Position numbers and translations under genes: made by a program. A stretch of DNA of 64,000 bases from positions 224,001 to 288,000 of the forward strand of contig JBILLK010000002.1 of the NCBI GenBank assembly GCA_044376115.1, written 5' to 3'. Positions 18,449 to 28,586 of the stretch are shown here, in pieces; the first letter of the stretch is position 1; the number at the start of each line of letters is the position of its first letter. This stretch comes from Polyangiaceae bacterium. GTDB taxonomy: Bacteria > Myxococcota_A > Polyangia > Polyangiales > Polyangiaceae. The notes below the pieces were generated by a model. It saw only the letters and a program-made list of their open reading frames with translations. It was not told the DNA's origin and searched no databases.

Positions 18449-18464
18449 AGCATTGAACGTGCCA
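18449..18464 (-). promoter_or_regulatory. Sigma54 -24/-12 promoter of the pilin gene
   Basis: Minus strand TGGCACGTTCAATGCT, one mismatch to consensus; lies directly downstream of the PilR-like activator gene. Confidence 0.8.
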
Positions 18465-18511
18465 TCTCATCAGCTCCAATTTCTTGTGAAGAACGCCTAG
18501 TCTTGGAGTTT

Positions 18512-18536
18512 GGCAGTGCCCAATTTGGTCACTGCC
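18512..18536. promoter_or_regulatory. 25-bp imperfect palindrome, candidate activator (PilR) binding site
   Basis: GGCAGTGCCCAA-T-TTGGTCACTGCC (one mismatch), centred about 85 bp upstream of the predicted sigma54 start site. Confidence 0.55.
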
Positions 18537-19977
18537 GAACTCGACTCGGTGACGAGTCTGGTCCGTTGTCCTCTTCCGCACCGTCGCCCACATCAATCCC
18601 GTGCTTTTCCAGACGGTAGCGAATGGTGCGAAACGTCAGCCCAAGTAGCTTCGCAGCGTTGGTCCGAACGCCCTTAGCGCGATCCAACGCCTCAAGTAGC
18701 AGTCTGCGCTCAACCTCGCCAAGGACTTCGTCGAGTCGAATGCCCTCGGGAGGCAAGGAGGTAACGAGGGGCATCGCGAGCCCGCTGGTCCCCGAAACCT
18801 CTGGTGGCAGATCGCCCAAGCCAATGGCGTTGGACTGAGCCAGGGCCACCGCCCGTTCGATGATATTCTCCAGTTCACGGACGTTGCCGGGAAAGGTGTA
18901 AGCGTCGAGCGCCCGTAGAGCTTCTGGTGCCAGAGTTCGCACCGCCTTGTTCTGGTCTTCAGCGAACTGCGCGAGGAAGTGGTGCGCAAGCTCGCGGATG
19001 TCGCTGCCTCGCTCGCGCAGCGGAGGCAGCCGCAGACGAATGACGTTGAGGCGATAGTAGAGGTCTTGTCGAAACGTACCTGCCCGCACCTCGCTTTCGA
19101 TGTCGCGATTGGTGGCTGCGAGCAGCCGGATGTCGACGGGAATCTCTTCGGTACCACCGACTGGCCGGACGCGCTTCTCCTGCAAAACGCGCAGGAGCTT
19201 AACTTGTAGGCTGAGTGGCAGCTCCCCGACCTCGTCGAGCAGCAACGTGCCACCGTCAGCCTCTCGCACGATGCCTTCACGCGCTTGCACCGCCCCGGTG
19301 AACGCCCCGCGCTGATGGCCGAAGAGTTCGCTCTCCATCAATGCCTCCGGGAGAGCTCCGCAGTTGACGACGCGAAACGGCCCTGCCTTTCGATCCGAGT
19401 GTGAGTGCAGCGCCCTGGCAATGCGCTCCTTCCCAGTCCCGCTCTCGCCTGTGATGAGCACGGTTGTCTTTGTGGGCGCTATTCGGCTGACCATGTCGGC
19501 GAGCGCGACCATCGGGGGGCTGCTGCCGAACTCGGAGGGCTCTGGTTGTAGTCGAACGAGCTTTGCTCGTAGTGAGCTGTTCTCGTCTTGCAGCGCCCTT
19601 TTCTCAAGAGCCTTGGCTGTCTGGGCCATCATGTGCGCGGGCGAGAAAGGCTTGATGACGAAGTCGTAGGCGCCCGCTCGCATCGCATCGATGGCGGCGT
19701 CGACTGTTGAGTGCGCGGTCATCACGATGACTTCAGTGGAGGGAGCCCTACGCTTGGCCGCCGAGAGCACGTCAAGCCCAGAGCCGTCCGGCATGACGAG
19801 GTCGGTGATTACGACCGGGAAGGCTTCACCATCGTTGCTGATCCGATGGAGTGCGGCTCTGACGCCGGCTTCGGTAACCACGCTGTACCCTGACCGCTTG
19901 AGAGCGATCGCCAGCATTTCTCGGAGGCTGGGCTCGTCGTCCACCACGAGCACACGCGCTTCGCTGCGAGCGGTCAT
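18529..19977 (-). CDS. pilR: Sigma54-dependent response regulator (NtrC family, PilR-like)
   Basis: REC domain (VVDDE, TDLVMP), Walker A GESGTGKE, intact GAFTGA, LLLDE, Fis-type HTH; adjacent to pilins. Confidence 0.85.
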   Translation of the reverse strand: MTARSEARVLVVDDEPSLREMLAIALKRSGYSVVTEAGVRAALHRISNDGEAFPVVITDLVMPDGSGLDVLSAAKRRAPSTEVIVMTAHSTVDAAIDAMRAGAYDFVIKPFSPAHMMAQTAKALEKRALQDENSSLRAKLVRLQPEPSEFGSSPPMVALADMVSRIAPTKTTVLITGESGTGKERIARALHSHSDRKAGPFRVVNCGALPEALMESELFGHQRGAFTGAVQAREGIVREADGGTLLLDEVGELPLSLQVKLLRVLQEKRVRPVGGTEEIPVDIRLLAATNRDIESEVRAGTFRQDLYYRLNVIRLRLPPLRERGSDIRELAHHFLAQFAEDQNKAVRTLAPEALRALDAYTFPGNVRELENIIERAVALAQSNAIGLGDLPPEVSGTSGLAMPLVTSLPPEGIRLDEVLGEVERRLLLEALDRAKGVRTNAAKLLGLTFRTIRYRLEKHGIDVGDGAEEDNGPDSSPSRVRQ

Positions 19978-20044
19978 CAGTCAGCACGATACACAAAACG
20001 TTTCGATTGCGGAAACGCGCCGAGAATCGTTCCTCGAACGCGCC

Positions 20045-20452
20045 CTACTGCGAACACGCTGTGGGATTCTCTGCGATGCCATCCATGGTTTCGGTGAACA
20101 CCACCCGGGTCTCGTCGCTGGCCTCGTCTCCGAGCAACTGTTTTAGGACCAACGTGTCGCACTCAGTGGCCTCAATTGACAGGGTGTAAACACCTGTACC
20201 CTCGCGGTCCAGGAACACCGCGCCCCGCCCGGTTGCTTCGTTGTAACCCACGACTTCAGCGCCTTCGATGCAGCTTCCGATGATCGTCCACTCCCCGCCG
20301 GCGTTGGAGATGGACCCCGGTTCTTCAGGTGGCGGAAGCGGCAGCGTCGGTGACAAGCAGTTCGCGCCGAGTACGACGAGGCTCCCGACTAGCCCTCGTG
20401 CGATCCACGCGTTCGCCCGAGACAGAGACTTGTGCAGCCAACGCGTTTGCAT
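20045..20452 (-). CDS. Small putative lipoprotein
   Basis: Signal peptide ending LGANC followed by LSPTLPLPPP; beta-rich domain. Confidence 0.65.
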   Translation of the reverse strand: MQTRWLHKSLSRANAWIARGLVGSLVVLGANCLSPTLPLPPPEEPGSISNAGGEWTIIGSCIEGAEVVGYNEATGRGAVFLDREGTGVYTLSIEATECDTLVLKQLLGDEASDETRVVFTETMDGIAENPTACSQ

Positions 20453-20596
20453 CCCAAAACCGCCTTCCAAAAATTAGGCCAAGCGGAATCATTCGACAAA
20501 TGCGTCGAAAAAGGCGGGAGGCCTAACCGACGGACGCTCTGGCGGCGCCAACAAGGTTGACGATGTCACCTCTGTTGACCGTTGCAGGTTGGCTTA

Positions 20597-21988
20597 CTAG
20601 CCAGCGACTACTCGAAGCGTCTTTTTCCCTTTGGCTCTAGGTTTTGGCTGAGGAGGCGCCTCCTGCTCAAGCACCTCTCCCACCAAATCACAGTCGGCTG
20701 CTTGCGTGATTTCCACGCGGCAAATCGACCCCACGGCCGGGTCCCCTCCCGAGAGAAAGACGTTCCCATCAATCTCAGGTGCTTGCCCCTTGTGTCGACC
20801 GACCAACACATGTTCGTGCTCTTCGCTCGGGCCTTCGACTAGGACCTCTAAAGTCTGACCAATAAGGCCGCGAGTCTTCTTGCGTTGGATTCGCTTCTGA
20901 AGGGTCTGGAGCTTGTTGAGCCGCTTAACCGCCGTACGGGCGTCCACCTTGCCCTCGAGCAAAAAGCTGCGCGCCGACTCTTCGTCTGAGTAGCGGAAGA
21001 AGCCTACTCGATCGAACTCGGCCCACCCGATGAACTCCTCGAGATCGGCGAACTCTTCCTCGGTTTCGCCCGGGTGCCCAACGATGAACGCTGTGCGGAA
21101 CACCAGATCTGGGACCGACGCCCGCAGCTTTTCAACCAAACGTCGAAGCCGTGCCCCACCGTGACCGCGGCGCATGCGCCGCAGCATCGCGTCTGCGGAG
21201 TGCTGTAGCGGCATGTCTACATAAGGGAGCACTCGCGGATGCTTGGCAAGAAGCTCGATGAGCTCCTCGGTCATGGTTTCGGGGTAGAGGTAGAACAAGC
21301 GAACCCAACGAATTCCCGCCACGTCAGCAACGCGTCGCACCAGCTCGGCCAGCGTCGGTTTGCTCTCCAGGTCGCGCCCATACGCGACTGTGTCTTGCGA
21401 GATGAGGTTGAGTTCCAAGACTCCCTCTGCGGCAAGCCGCTCCGCCTCCCGCACCACGTCGTCTATCGAGCGCGAGCGCTGTTTCCCGCGTAGGCTGGGA
21501 ATCACGCAAAAGGAGCACGTGCGATTGCAACCCTCGGCGATCTTTAAGTAGGCGCTTGCACCTCGCGTCGTGAGTATGCGTGGGCTCGTTGCCGAGATCA
21601 GCCAGTCGGCGGGCTGCCCAACGTTCAGCTTGGCGGCATCCGCGGCAAGCGTGTTTCGCAGCTTCAACATATCGCTGGAGCCGAGCAGGTGGTCGATCTC
21701 CGGGATGCCCTCGGCCAGCTCCTCGGGATGACGTTGCACCAAGCAACCGGTCACCACGAGCTTCTTGCATTGGCCCTCCTGCTTCCACTTGGCCATCTCG
21801 AAGATGGTGTCGATCGACTCCTTCTTGGCGTCTTCGATGAAGCCGCAGGTGTTGACGACGATGACCTCAGCAGCCTCAGGATCCGCGACGTGAACGAAGC
21901 CGTCCTGTGCGAGCGCACCAAGCATGACCTCCGAGTCGACGCGGTTCTTTGGACAACCCAAACTTACGAAATGGACCGAACGACTCAT
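20597..21988 (-). CDS. rimO: Ribosomal protein S12 methylthiotransferase
   Basis: [18 protein letters not shown], radical [18 protein letters not shown] and TRAM domain. Confidence 0.97.
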   Translation of the reverse strand: MSRSVHFVSLGCPKNRVDSEVMLGALAQDGFVHVADPEAAEVIVVNTCGFIEDAKKESIDTIFEMAKWKQEGQCKKLVVTGCLVQRHPEELAEGIPEIDHLLGSSDMLKLRNTLAADAAKLNVGQPADWLISATSPRILTTRGASAYLKIAEGCNRTCSFCVIPSLRGKQRSRSIDDVVREAERLAAEGVLELNLISQDTVAYGRDLESKPTLAELVRRVADVAGIRWVRLFYLYPETMTEELIELLAKHPRVLPYVDMPLQHSADAMLRRMRRGHGGARLRRLVEKLRASVPDLVFRTAFIVGHPGETEEEFADLEEFIGWAEFDRVGFFRYSDEESARSFLLEGKVDARTAVKRLNKLQTLQKRIQRKKTRGLIGQTLEVLVEGPSEEHEHVLVGRHKGQAPEIDGNVFLSGGDPAVGSICRVEITQAADCDLVGEVLEQEAPPQPKPRAKGKKTLRVVAG

Positions 21989-23118
21989 GAGGCTCGAAGC
22001 ATTCTTTGTTTGAACGCTGAAAAAAGGTGAAGAGTGTCATGGGGCCCAGGGGCGGCCTCTGGATGGAACTGGACCGAGAACGCGTTGGCATCGGGCACGC
22101 TCAAACCTTCACTCGTGCCGTCGTTCAGGTGCTTGTAGGTGGCGTGGGCGGAGGCCGGCAAGGAGGCGACATCGACGGCAAATCCGTGATTTTGGGAGGT
22201 GATCTCCACGCGACCCGACTCGAGGTTGAGCACCGGTTGGTTGAGTCCGCGATGGCCGAACTTCAGCTTGTAGGTGCGAGCTCCGACGGCCAGCGCAAGA
22301 ATCTGATGACCCAAGCAAATGCCAAAAATGGGCTTCTTACCTAGGAGTTCTCGCGTAGTAGCGATGGCGTACGAGAGCACCGCGGGGTCGCCAGGGCCGT
22401 TTGACAAGAACACGCCATCAGGGTTGAGCGCGAGAACCTCCGCTGCTGAAAAGCTCGCCGGGACCCGCGTTACCCGACAGCCAATGTCCACCAGCGAGCG
22501 CAGGATGTTCTGCTTTGCGCCGTAATCAACGGCGACCACGTGGGGTCTCTCTGAATCAGAAGCAAACAACGTGCGGAACTCGCTGGGCGTGTGCTCGGCG
22601 AACTCTGAGGCTACGCGACAGCTAACTTCACCGACGAGATCTAGCCCCTCCATAGCGCGAGCTCCGCGCGCGGCCTCCACTAGCGCCTCCGGATCTCCGC
22701 TTCCGATCGCGCCGTTCTGCGAACCGTGCGTTCGAAGGTGCCGAACCAGCTTGCGTGTGTCGATCCCCGATATTGCCGTCAGGTTGTGACGCTCGAGGTA
22801 TGCGGCGAGGGACTCGCTTGCGCGATGGCTCGAGGCGACGTCGCTGCCCTCGCGTACCACGAGCCCGGCCGCGTGCGGGGTGATCGCCTCGTTGTCCTCG
22901 GTGTTTGCACCGGTGTTGCCGATTTGAGGCGAGGCCATCACGACGATCTGTCCGCGAAAGGACGGATCGGTGAGGACTTCCTGGTATCCCGTCATACCCG
23001 TCGTAAAGACAACCTCGCCAACCGTTGTTGGCAACGGTCCAAAGCTATGCCCTTCGAACACGGTGCCATCTGCCAAACAGAGGCGCGCGGTAGTGCGAGG
23101 CTGCATGCCGGTGGCCAT
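21985..23118 (-). CDS. carA: Carbamoyl-phosphate synthase small subunit
   Basis: [34 protein letters not shown] and QFHPE. Confidence 0.97.
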   Translation of the reverse strand: MATGMQPRTTARLCLADGTVFEGHSFGPLPTTVGEVVFTTGMTGYQEVLTDPSFRGQIVVMASPQIGNTGANTEDNEAITPHAAGLVVREGSDVASSHRASESLAAYLERHNLTAISGIDTRKLVRHLRTHGSQNGAIGSGDPEALVEAARGARAMEGLDLVGEVSCRVASEFAEHTPSEFRTLFASDSERPHVVAVDYGAKQNILRSLVDIGCRVTRVPASFSAAEVLALNPDGVFLSNGPGDPAVLSYAIATTRELLGKKPIFGICLGHQILALAVGARTYKLKFGHRGLNQPVLNLESGRVEITSQNHGFAVDVASLPASAHATYKHLNDGTSEGLSVPDANAFSVQFHPEAAPGPHDTLHLFSAFKQRMLRAS

Positions 23119-23167
23119 ACCACAGTCGCAGTCGACCTTCAGCGCAGTTGTCGCCTTGATGCGAACT

Positions 23168-26100
23168 TCAGGGCAGATTGTTGGCTTGCGTCAAGCGAAT
23201 CAGCCCAAAGATGCGAGCCACATTGAAGGAGCGGCCGCCATACGCAACAAACGTATGCAACACGCGCGACGGTGGATCACAGAGAGGGAGACAGTGCAGA
23301 AGCAAGCATTCCGCTGCTTGTTGCACACACCAGCGCTTCAGAGGTTCGGCCTTCAGTGCCGGGTGGCTCTGCTCGCGCGCAGCGCATTCCGCCAACGTTT
23401 CCGGCGCGATAGGATCAGGGGCAAAAACCGTAAACCCGCTCGAGCGCCGCTGGCCCAAGATAGCTGGTCGAGGATGCTTCAGACATGCGTCCACATAGCG
23501 TGGATGGCACGGAAGAAACGCTTCATCCCCAAGGCTACCGTCGCTCGCGCCGGGGCCGAGCACCCACTGCAAGGCTTCAAGTGCCTGCTTGGCCTCCCCA
23601 AGCGAGATCGCGATTCGGGCAAGCGTCAACGCCGAGCCCAAGGTCCTTTGGTCGGCGAAGTCGGAAACCGCCTCGCTCAACGCGCGATTGGCCAGCGAAA
23701 GGGCGGCGTCCGGAGTGTTGCTCTCGAGGGCGCCGAGAAAGAATGCAACGGCCGGAGGGAGCTTTGCCTGCGCGAGCCCCAGTGCTTCGAGGTGGGCCAG
23801 ACTTTGGTGCTCGCCGTGGATCACTGGCGCGGCGCCCGAAGCAGGCGGCGCCTCGTCCACCAAACGTCCGCAGGCGCGCAAGGAGGCAGCTCTTTCGGGG
23901 CCAAGGACCAGCAGGTTTTGGGATGTGGGAGGTGCCGTTGTCGGAACCAACAGCCCAAGCTCGGGCACCGGTCGCACGCAGACAACTGGGCTTTCCTCGG
24001 ACCAAGCAATCGTCGCATCTGCATTCGACATCAGATGGGCAAACAAATGGGGCTCGAGCAGCTGGCCTCGCAAAAACGACCAGTCACCGAAGAACGCATT
24101 CGTTCCCGGCGCCGGCAGGTCGCTGAACTCCAATTTCGTCGGCGGCAGGCTCTCGCCAAGCCGCAGGCGGTCGAGATGCTCTGCACCCGTCACTGTCAGC
24201 GGGTGATTGCGCGCAAGCACTTGGAGGTCGCCCAAGCAGTCCCAGGCCGAAGTGTGAACCGGCTCGCCTGGGATCAGCACGTTGGAGAAGGCGAGTGCCA
24301 CCGGGTCGTAAAGGTCGAGCCGCCCAAGCGTACGGCCTTCGCCGCGTTCCCCAAAGTTCCCACGCAGCCAAGTCGGCGGCTGGCTTTCCACCTTGATGGC
24401 TTGTCCGAAAAGCTCCGCTCGCGGCGAATCCAGGAACTGATTGAACAGCGCTCGAAAGATGGCTTCAAGTTCACGGCAGTAACGGCCCGAGTCGCCCAAC
24501 ATCGACTCGCGCACTCGCAAGGGAAGCTCCGTGCGTAACTGCTTACGTCGGTCCGCATCCGCTGCAAGGCGCACTGCCGTTGCAACATAGTCGTCCCAAT
24601 CTTGTGCGACCAGATCCGAGAGCCCAACCTGCGCGAGCAAGCTGACGCCAACTCGTGAGACGTGGGCGGCCCCAGCCAAACTCACGACCGGAACGCCCAT
24701 CAGCAGTGCTTCACACGTGGTCGTCGTTCCTGCGTAAGGGAATGAATCAAGCGCTATGTCGACGTCGTTCCAGTTGAGCTGATGAGCCTCGTACGTGGGC
24801 GTCCACCCGAGTATCAAGACCTGGTCCGGGCCGGCCCCTCCACGCTCTAGCTCGCCAAGGATTCGGCGATAGGTGGCATCGCCCTCAACGTTCGTCTTGA
24901 TCAGCAGTCGAGCGTTCGGCACTGCCTCGAGAATGCGAGCCCAAGCAGCGAGCAGACGCGTCGTAAGCTTCATTGCTCTATTGAAACTGCCGAAGATCAG
25001 CGGCTGGTTGGGCTCTCGACTGTAGATCGGCGCGGTCATCTTTTGCGCGAAGTTCCACGCGCAGCCGTTGATACGCACAAGCTCCTCAGAATGGAGCGTG
25101 TCCGTGAGGTCCATTGGATCGGCATGTCGATCCGAGAGCCGAACGTCGATTGCGGCACAGCCGGTAGTCGCAGGGTAGCCAAGGAAGGTCACTTGGATTG
25201 GGGCGGGCTTAAATCCCATCCAAGGCAGTCCAGAGTTGTCGGTGAGGCCTGCGAGGTCGATGAGAATATCGATCTTGTCCCGGGCAATGGCTTCGGCGCT
25301 AGTACGTGACTCGGACGGCCCCAAGAACCTTAGCTCCAAGTGCCGCGCGAGATCGTCAGTAACGCCGTCCCGCTCCTCCGAGGTGGAGTAACAAATCACT
25401 TCAAACCGCTCGCGATCAAAACTGAGCAGCATGCCCCGTGCGAACTTCTCAACGGCATGAAATCGCAGGTCACCGGAGACGAACCCTAGTCTCAGCTTTC
25501 TGTCTCGGGCTCGGTCGACTGTCAGGTCTCGCAGCGGCGACTGAACCAAATGGGCAGCGGCCCAGCCTCGTGTCTCCCAGGCGATGTCGTTCGCTGAAGA
25601 CTCATCGTCGTTCAGCAGCCGCCAGATGATCGGGCGAAGGTGGTACGAAATCCCAGGGGCGAGTTCGACGACACGTCGAGCCATGCTCACGCTGTGCTTT
25701 AAGAACCCCCCATTACCAGCCGCTATCCCTAGCCTGGTCAACGCGTCCACTCTATCGGGATCACGCGCTAGGGCCCGCTCGGCGAAGGAGGAAGCAGCTC
25801 CTGAGTCCACCGAATCGGAGTCCCATGCGAATGCACCAAGTACGTCCGGATCCTCGGGTCGACTAAGCAGCGCTCGTTCGAGCGCGCGGCTGCGATCTTT
25901 GGTTGGTTGAAGGTTCTTGACGGCCTTCAACCAGACTTGCAAAAGCGGAGGAGTGAGGCGCTCAAGCCCGAAGGTTTCCAGTGTGGTAACGACCTCCGGC
26001 CAGCGCTTTTGAGTATTTAGTATCGAAGCCCAGTAAAGGTAGAGCTTTGCTATGAGGCCATCCTCCGACGCTAACTCGACTCCACGGCGCGCCGTTGCTT

Positions 26101-26755
26101 CGGCGACTGGCTCGGAGAGCTTGCGCCCAAGCAGCTCGAGCAGGTCGAGTAGGGGTTGGGCAGCGGTTGACACTGCCACAAAGCGTTGTGTCACCGGATC
26201 GAGGACGGTCTTGTCTCGACCCAACTGATTCAGGGCGGTAAGGAGGATTCCAAGGCCGTCGCGATCCGCGGCGTTGGCCAGAAGCTCGACAGCCGCCTCG
26301 GGGTGTTTGAGTTCAAGGAGGCACCGACCGAGGTGGTAACGGTGGGATTCGTTGTCCTCAAGCTTCAGCGCGGTCTCGAATGCTTCTCTTGCGGTCTCGA
26401 GATTGCCCAGCCGATGCTCGGTTTGTCCCAGACGTAGGCGAAGTCTCGCGAGCGTGGGCGCGAGCTCGACGGCCATCACCAGGCTGTCGCGGGCGTGCTC
26501 GAGCCTGCCCGCAGTCGTGAGCACAGTGGCGAGATTGGCGTGCGGCTTGTAGCTCGTCGGATCGAGGGAGATGCTCTCGCGGTAGGCCCAGACCGCTTGG
26601 TCAACCTCACCCTGTTTGGCGTACGTGGTTCCCAGCTGATTCCACGCCTCCACATCGCCAGGTGCCGAGTCGAGGCGCTCGAGGAGCTCCGCCAGTGTGG
26701 TTTGACCGGCTAGTCGGGCGGCTTGTCCCATCGATCGAAGATTCTGCCCCATCAA
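23168..26755 (-). CDS. TPR-containing GT41 (OGT/SPINDLY-like) glycosyltransferase with a C-terminal extension
   Basis: N-terminal TPRs; [43 protein letters not shown] and [22 protein letters not shown]. Confidence 0.9.
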   Translation of the reverse strand: MMGQNLRSMGQAARLAGQTTLAELLERLDSAPGDVEAWNQLGTTYAKQGEVDQAVWAYRESISLDPTSYKPHANLATVLTTAGRLEHARDSLVMAVELAPTLARLRLRLGQTEHRLGNLETAREAFETALKLEDNESHRYHLGRCLLELKHPEAAVELLANAADRDGLGILLTALNQLGRDKTVLDPVTQRFVAVSTAAQPLLDLLELLGRKLSEPVAEATARRGVELASEDGLIAKLYLYWASILNTQKRWPEVVTTLETFGLERLTPPLLQVWLKAVKNLQPTKDRSRALERALLSRPEDPDVLGAFAWDSDSVDSGAASSFAERALARDPDRVDALTRLGIAAGNGGFLKHSVSMARRVVELAPGISYHLRPIIWRLLNDDESSANDIAWETRGWAAAHLVQSPLRDLTVDRARDRKLRLGFVSGDLRFHAVEKFARGMLLSFDRERFEVICYSTSEERDGVTDDLARHLELRFLGPSESRTSAEAIARDKIDILIDLAGLTDNSGLPWMGFKPAPIQVTFLGYPATTGCAAIDVRLSDRHADPMDLTDTLHSEELVRINGCAWNFAQKMTAPIYSREPNQPLIFGSFNRAMKLTTRLLAAWARILEAVPNARLLIKTNVEGDATYRRILGELERGGAGPDQVLILGWTPTYEAHQLNWNDVDIALDSFPYAGTTTTCEALLMGVPVVSLAGAAHVSRVGVSLLAQVGLSDLVAQDWDDYVATAVRLAADADRRKQLRTELPLRVRESMLGDSGRYCRELEAIFRALFNQFLDSPRAELFGQAIKVESQPPTWLRGNFGERGEGRTLGRLDLYDPVALAFSNVLIPGEPVHTSAWDCLGDLQVLARNHPLTVTGAEHLDRLRLGESLPPTKLEFSDLPAPGTNAFFGDWSFLRGQLLEPHLFAHLMSNADATIAWSEESPVVCVRPVPELGLLVPTTAPPTSQNLLVLGPERAASLRACGRLVDEAPPASGAAPVIHGEHQSLAHLEALGLAQAKLPPAVAFFLGALESNTPDAALSLANRALSEAVSDFADQRTLGSALTLARIAISLGEAKQALEALQWVLGPGASDGSLGDEAFLPCHPRYVDACLKHPRPAILGQRRSSGFTVFAPDPIAPETLAECAAREQSHPALKAEPLKRWCVQQAAECLLLHCLPLCDPPSRVLHTFVAYGGRSFNVARIFGLIRLTQANNLP

Positions 26756-27300
26756 AATCGATCACTCCATCCGAGTACGAGCCGTCCAAGTGAGCTCGAC
26801 GTCACCATCACGTCTTGCTGCCACCGAAGGCCAGCCCCAAAGCCGATCTCGGCAAAGAACCCTGTGTGAAACGTGACATAGGCGTTCAGCTTGGCTGCCC
26901 CACCTAGGTACAACCCGAGGGCGGTCTCCTCAGACGGTTGGTCCCATAGCGAAGCGGCGAACCCAAGCTTCGGACCAAGCATGAGGTTGATCCAATTGCC
27001 GGGGAAAATGAAAACGTAGTCAGCCGCCACAAGCGCCCGGAAGTCGTCGAAACGTGGGAGCTGGCCTTCTTCGAGGAATATGGGCCGCTCCCACGCGAGC
27101 CGAACGCCAATCTCGAAACCCTGCAGCAGTTGATGGGCCAAGCCAAGTTCGGCGCCTAAGCTTGCGAGGCTCGACGCCGAACGGTCCCCAATTCGGACTT
27201 GGGTCGGGGAGAATCCGACTACGCCGGCGGTCACTTGGGTGGGCATGCTGCGGTGTGCGGCTGTCTCGTCGGCTTCGTGCGCGTTCGCTCGCTGCTCCAA
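26752..27300 (-). CDS. Hypothetical protein, possible small outer-membrane beta-barrel
   Basis: Alternating beta-strand pattern with a terminal Phe (LVLGWSDRF); 4-nt overlap with the GT41 gene start. Start TTG 27300 or ATG 27246. Confidence 0.5.
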   Translation of the reverse strand: MEQRANAHEADETAAHRSMPTQVTAGVVGFSPTQVRIGDRSASSLASLGAELGLAHQLLQGFEIGVRLAWERPIFLEEGQLPRFDDFRALVAADYVFIFPGNWINLMLGPKLGFAASLWDQPSEETALGLYLGGAAKLNAYVTFHTGFFAEIGFGAGLRWQQDVMVTSSSLGRLVLGWSDRF

Positions 27301-27320
27301 GCTCGCCGCTAGGAATGAAC

Positions 27321-27364
27321 AAAAGGCGACGCGCCCGAAGGCGGCAGTTGCCTTCGAGCGCGTT
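27321..27364 (-). terminator. Hairpin downstream of tRNA-Leu
   Basis: Minus strand ACGCGCTCGAAGGC-loop-GCCTTCGGGCGCGT followed by CGCCTTTT. Confidence 0.6.
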
Positions 27365-27378
27365 GATTTTACTACTTG

Positions 27379-27462
27379 TGCGAAGCAGAGGACTTGAACC
27401 TCCACGGGATTGCTCCCACTGGAACCTGAATCCAGCGCGTCTGCCAATTCCGCCAGCCTCGC
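27379..27462 (-). tRNA. tRNA-Leu (CAG), CCA not encoded
   Basis: GCGAGGC/GCTTCGC acceptor stem, D-arm with GG, anticodon arm CTGGA-TTCAGGT-TCCAG, long variable arm, GGTTCAAGTCC T-arm and discriminator A. Confidence 0.97.
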
Positions 27463-27546
27463 GAGTGATTGGGGTTCTAGCGCAGACTGACCCAATTGCG
27501 CAACGCCTTCTTGCGCTTGATGCGTTTGCGAGGCCAAACTCCTCCC

Positions 27547-28167
27547 ATGTTGCGCCGAACTTTCGTTGGGACTCTGGGGATCGGTGTGCTTTGCACGTCG
27601 AACCAGCTGCTTGCTCGACCCAGCGCGCCACCCATTCCACCGATTCCGCTGCGCATCTGGGTCGCCCAACGGATCGCTGACAATGCTCCCACGGATGTGG
27701 TCACCGAAGAGTTCATCGCTGAGCAGCTCGGTCAAGCCAATCAACTGTTCGGCGGTTTCGGGCTCAGCTTTGAGGATCGCGTCGATCACGGCTCAATCCT
27801 AAACCTGACGGACCTCGAGACGCGCCAAGACCGCAATGCTCTCGCTGGCCAGCTTGCAAAGGGCAGCTGCAACGTGTTTTTCGTTGGACGTCTTCGAGAC
27901 GTCGACGACCCCCAGCGCCATCGCATGGGCGTGATGTGGCGCAACCTTGCCAATCTGAAGCAGAAGTATGTGATCGTTTCAAGCCAGGCACGGGAGACCA
28001 CGCTCGCTCACGAACTCGGGCACTACCTCGGAAATGGGCACTCAAGCGTGATGAACAACCTAATGAGCTATGAGCGAGACGGCGGGGACGTTTTCCTCGA
28101 TGAAAACCAGGGTGCGAAGGCGCGGAAAACCGCGCGAGCGCTCTTTGCTTCCAAGGAGCTGCAGTGA
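27547..28167 (+). CDS. Secreted metzincin zinc metalloprotease (M43/matrixin-like)
   Basis: HELGHYLGNGH zinc motif, Met-turn NLMSY and a twin-Arg-like LRRTFV leader. Confidence 0.8.
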   Translation: MLRRTFVGTLGIGVLCTSNQLLARPSAPPIPPIPLRIWVAQRIADNAPTDVVTEEFIAEQLGQANQLFGGFGLSFEDRVDHGSILNLTDLETRQDRNALAGQLAKGSCNVFFVGRLRDVDDPQRHRMGVMWRNLANLKQKYVIVSSQARETTLAHELGHYLGNGHSSVMNNLMSYERDGGDVFLDENQGAKARKTARALFASKELQ

Positions 28168-28586
28168 CGAAGGACCATCGGGTGAGTCGCTTTGCGATCG
28201 TGAGCCTCGGGTTGATGGTCGCTGCGGTTGGTTGCACGATTAAGCCAAAGGGGGGCAGCGGCGGATCTGCAGGCGAGGGAGGGCAGGGTGGATCTGGGGG
28301 CGCGGGCGGAGCAGGCGAGTGTGAAGCCAAAGTAACGTGCGACGACTGCCGAGTCTGTGCCTCTAACGGTCCCTGCGCCGATGAGTTAGCCGCATGTGCC
28401 GCTAACTCGGCTTGCGTTGCGATCGACCAGTGCGTCACCTTTCTGTGCGACGGAACTGCGGCCGAGTGCCTCGAGTCATGTCAGGCGCAAAACCCGTCGG
28501 GAAGCGGCGTCTACAACGCCGCACGGGGCTGTGTCGAATGCGACGCCTGCTTTGGCCCGTGCGGCTCGGAGCTTATTTGCGGGTAG
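28164..28586 (+). CDS. Cys-rich lipoprotein
   Basis: Lipobox AVGC, Gly-rich linker and a domain with 16 further Cys. Confidence 0.8.
   Translation: MTKDHRVSRFAIVSLGLMVAAVGCTIKPKGGSGGSAGEGGQGGSGGAGGAGECEAKVTCDDCRVCASNGPCADELAACAANSACVAIDQCVTFLCDGTAAECLESCQAQNPSGSGVYNAARGCVECDACFGPCGSELICG

Noticed and set aside
21985..23118. carA without adjacent carB as an anomaly
   Set aside because: Split carA/carB arrangements are common, and carB may lie outside the window.
23119..27462. Active integrative element at tRNA-Leu
   Set aside because: No integrase, and no duplicated tRNA 3' end was seen near the carA side.
27301..27789. 5' extension of ORF 26752..27789
   Set aside because: It runs through tRNA-Leu and antisense to the metalloprotease gene; the real start must lie 3' of the tRNA.
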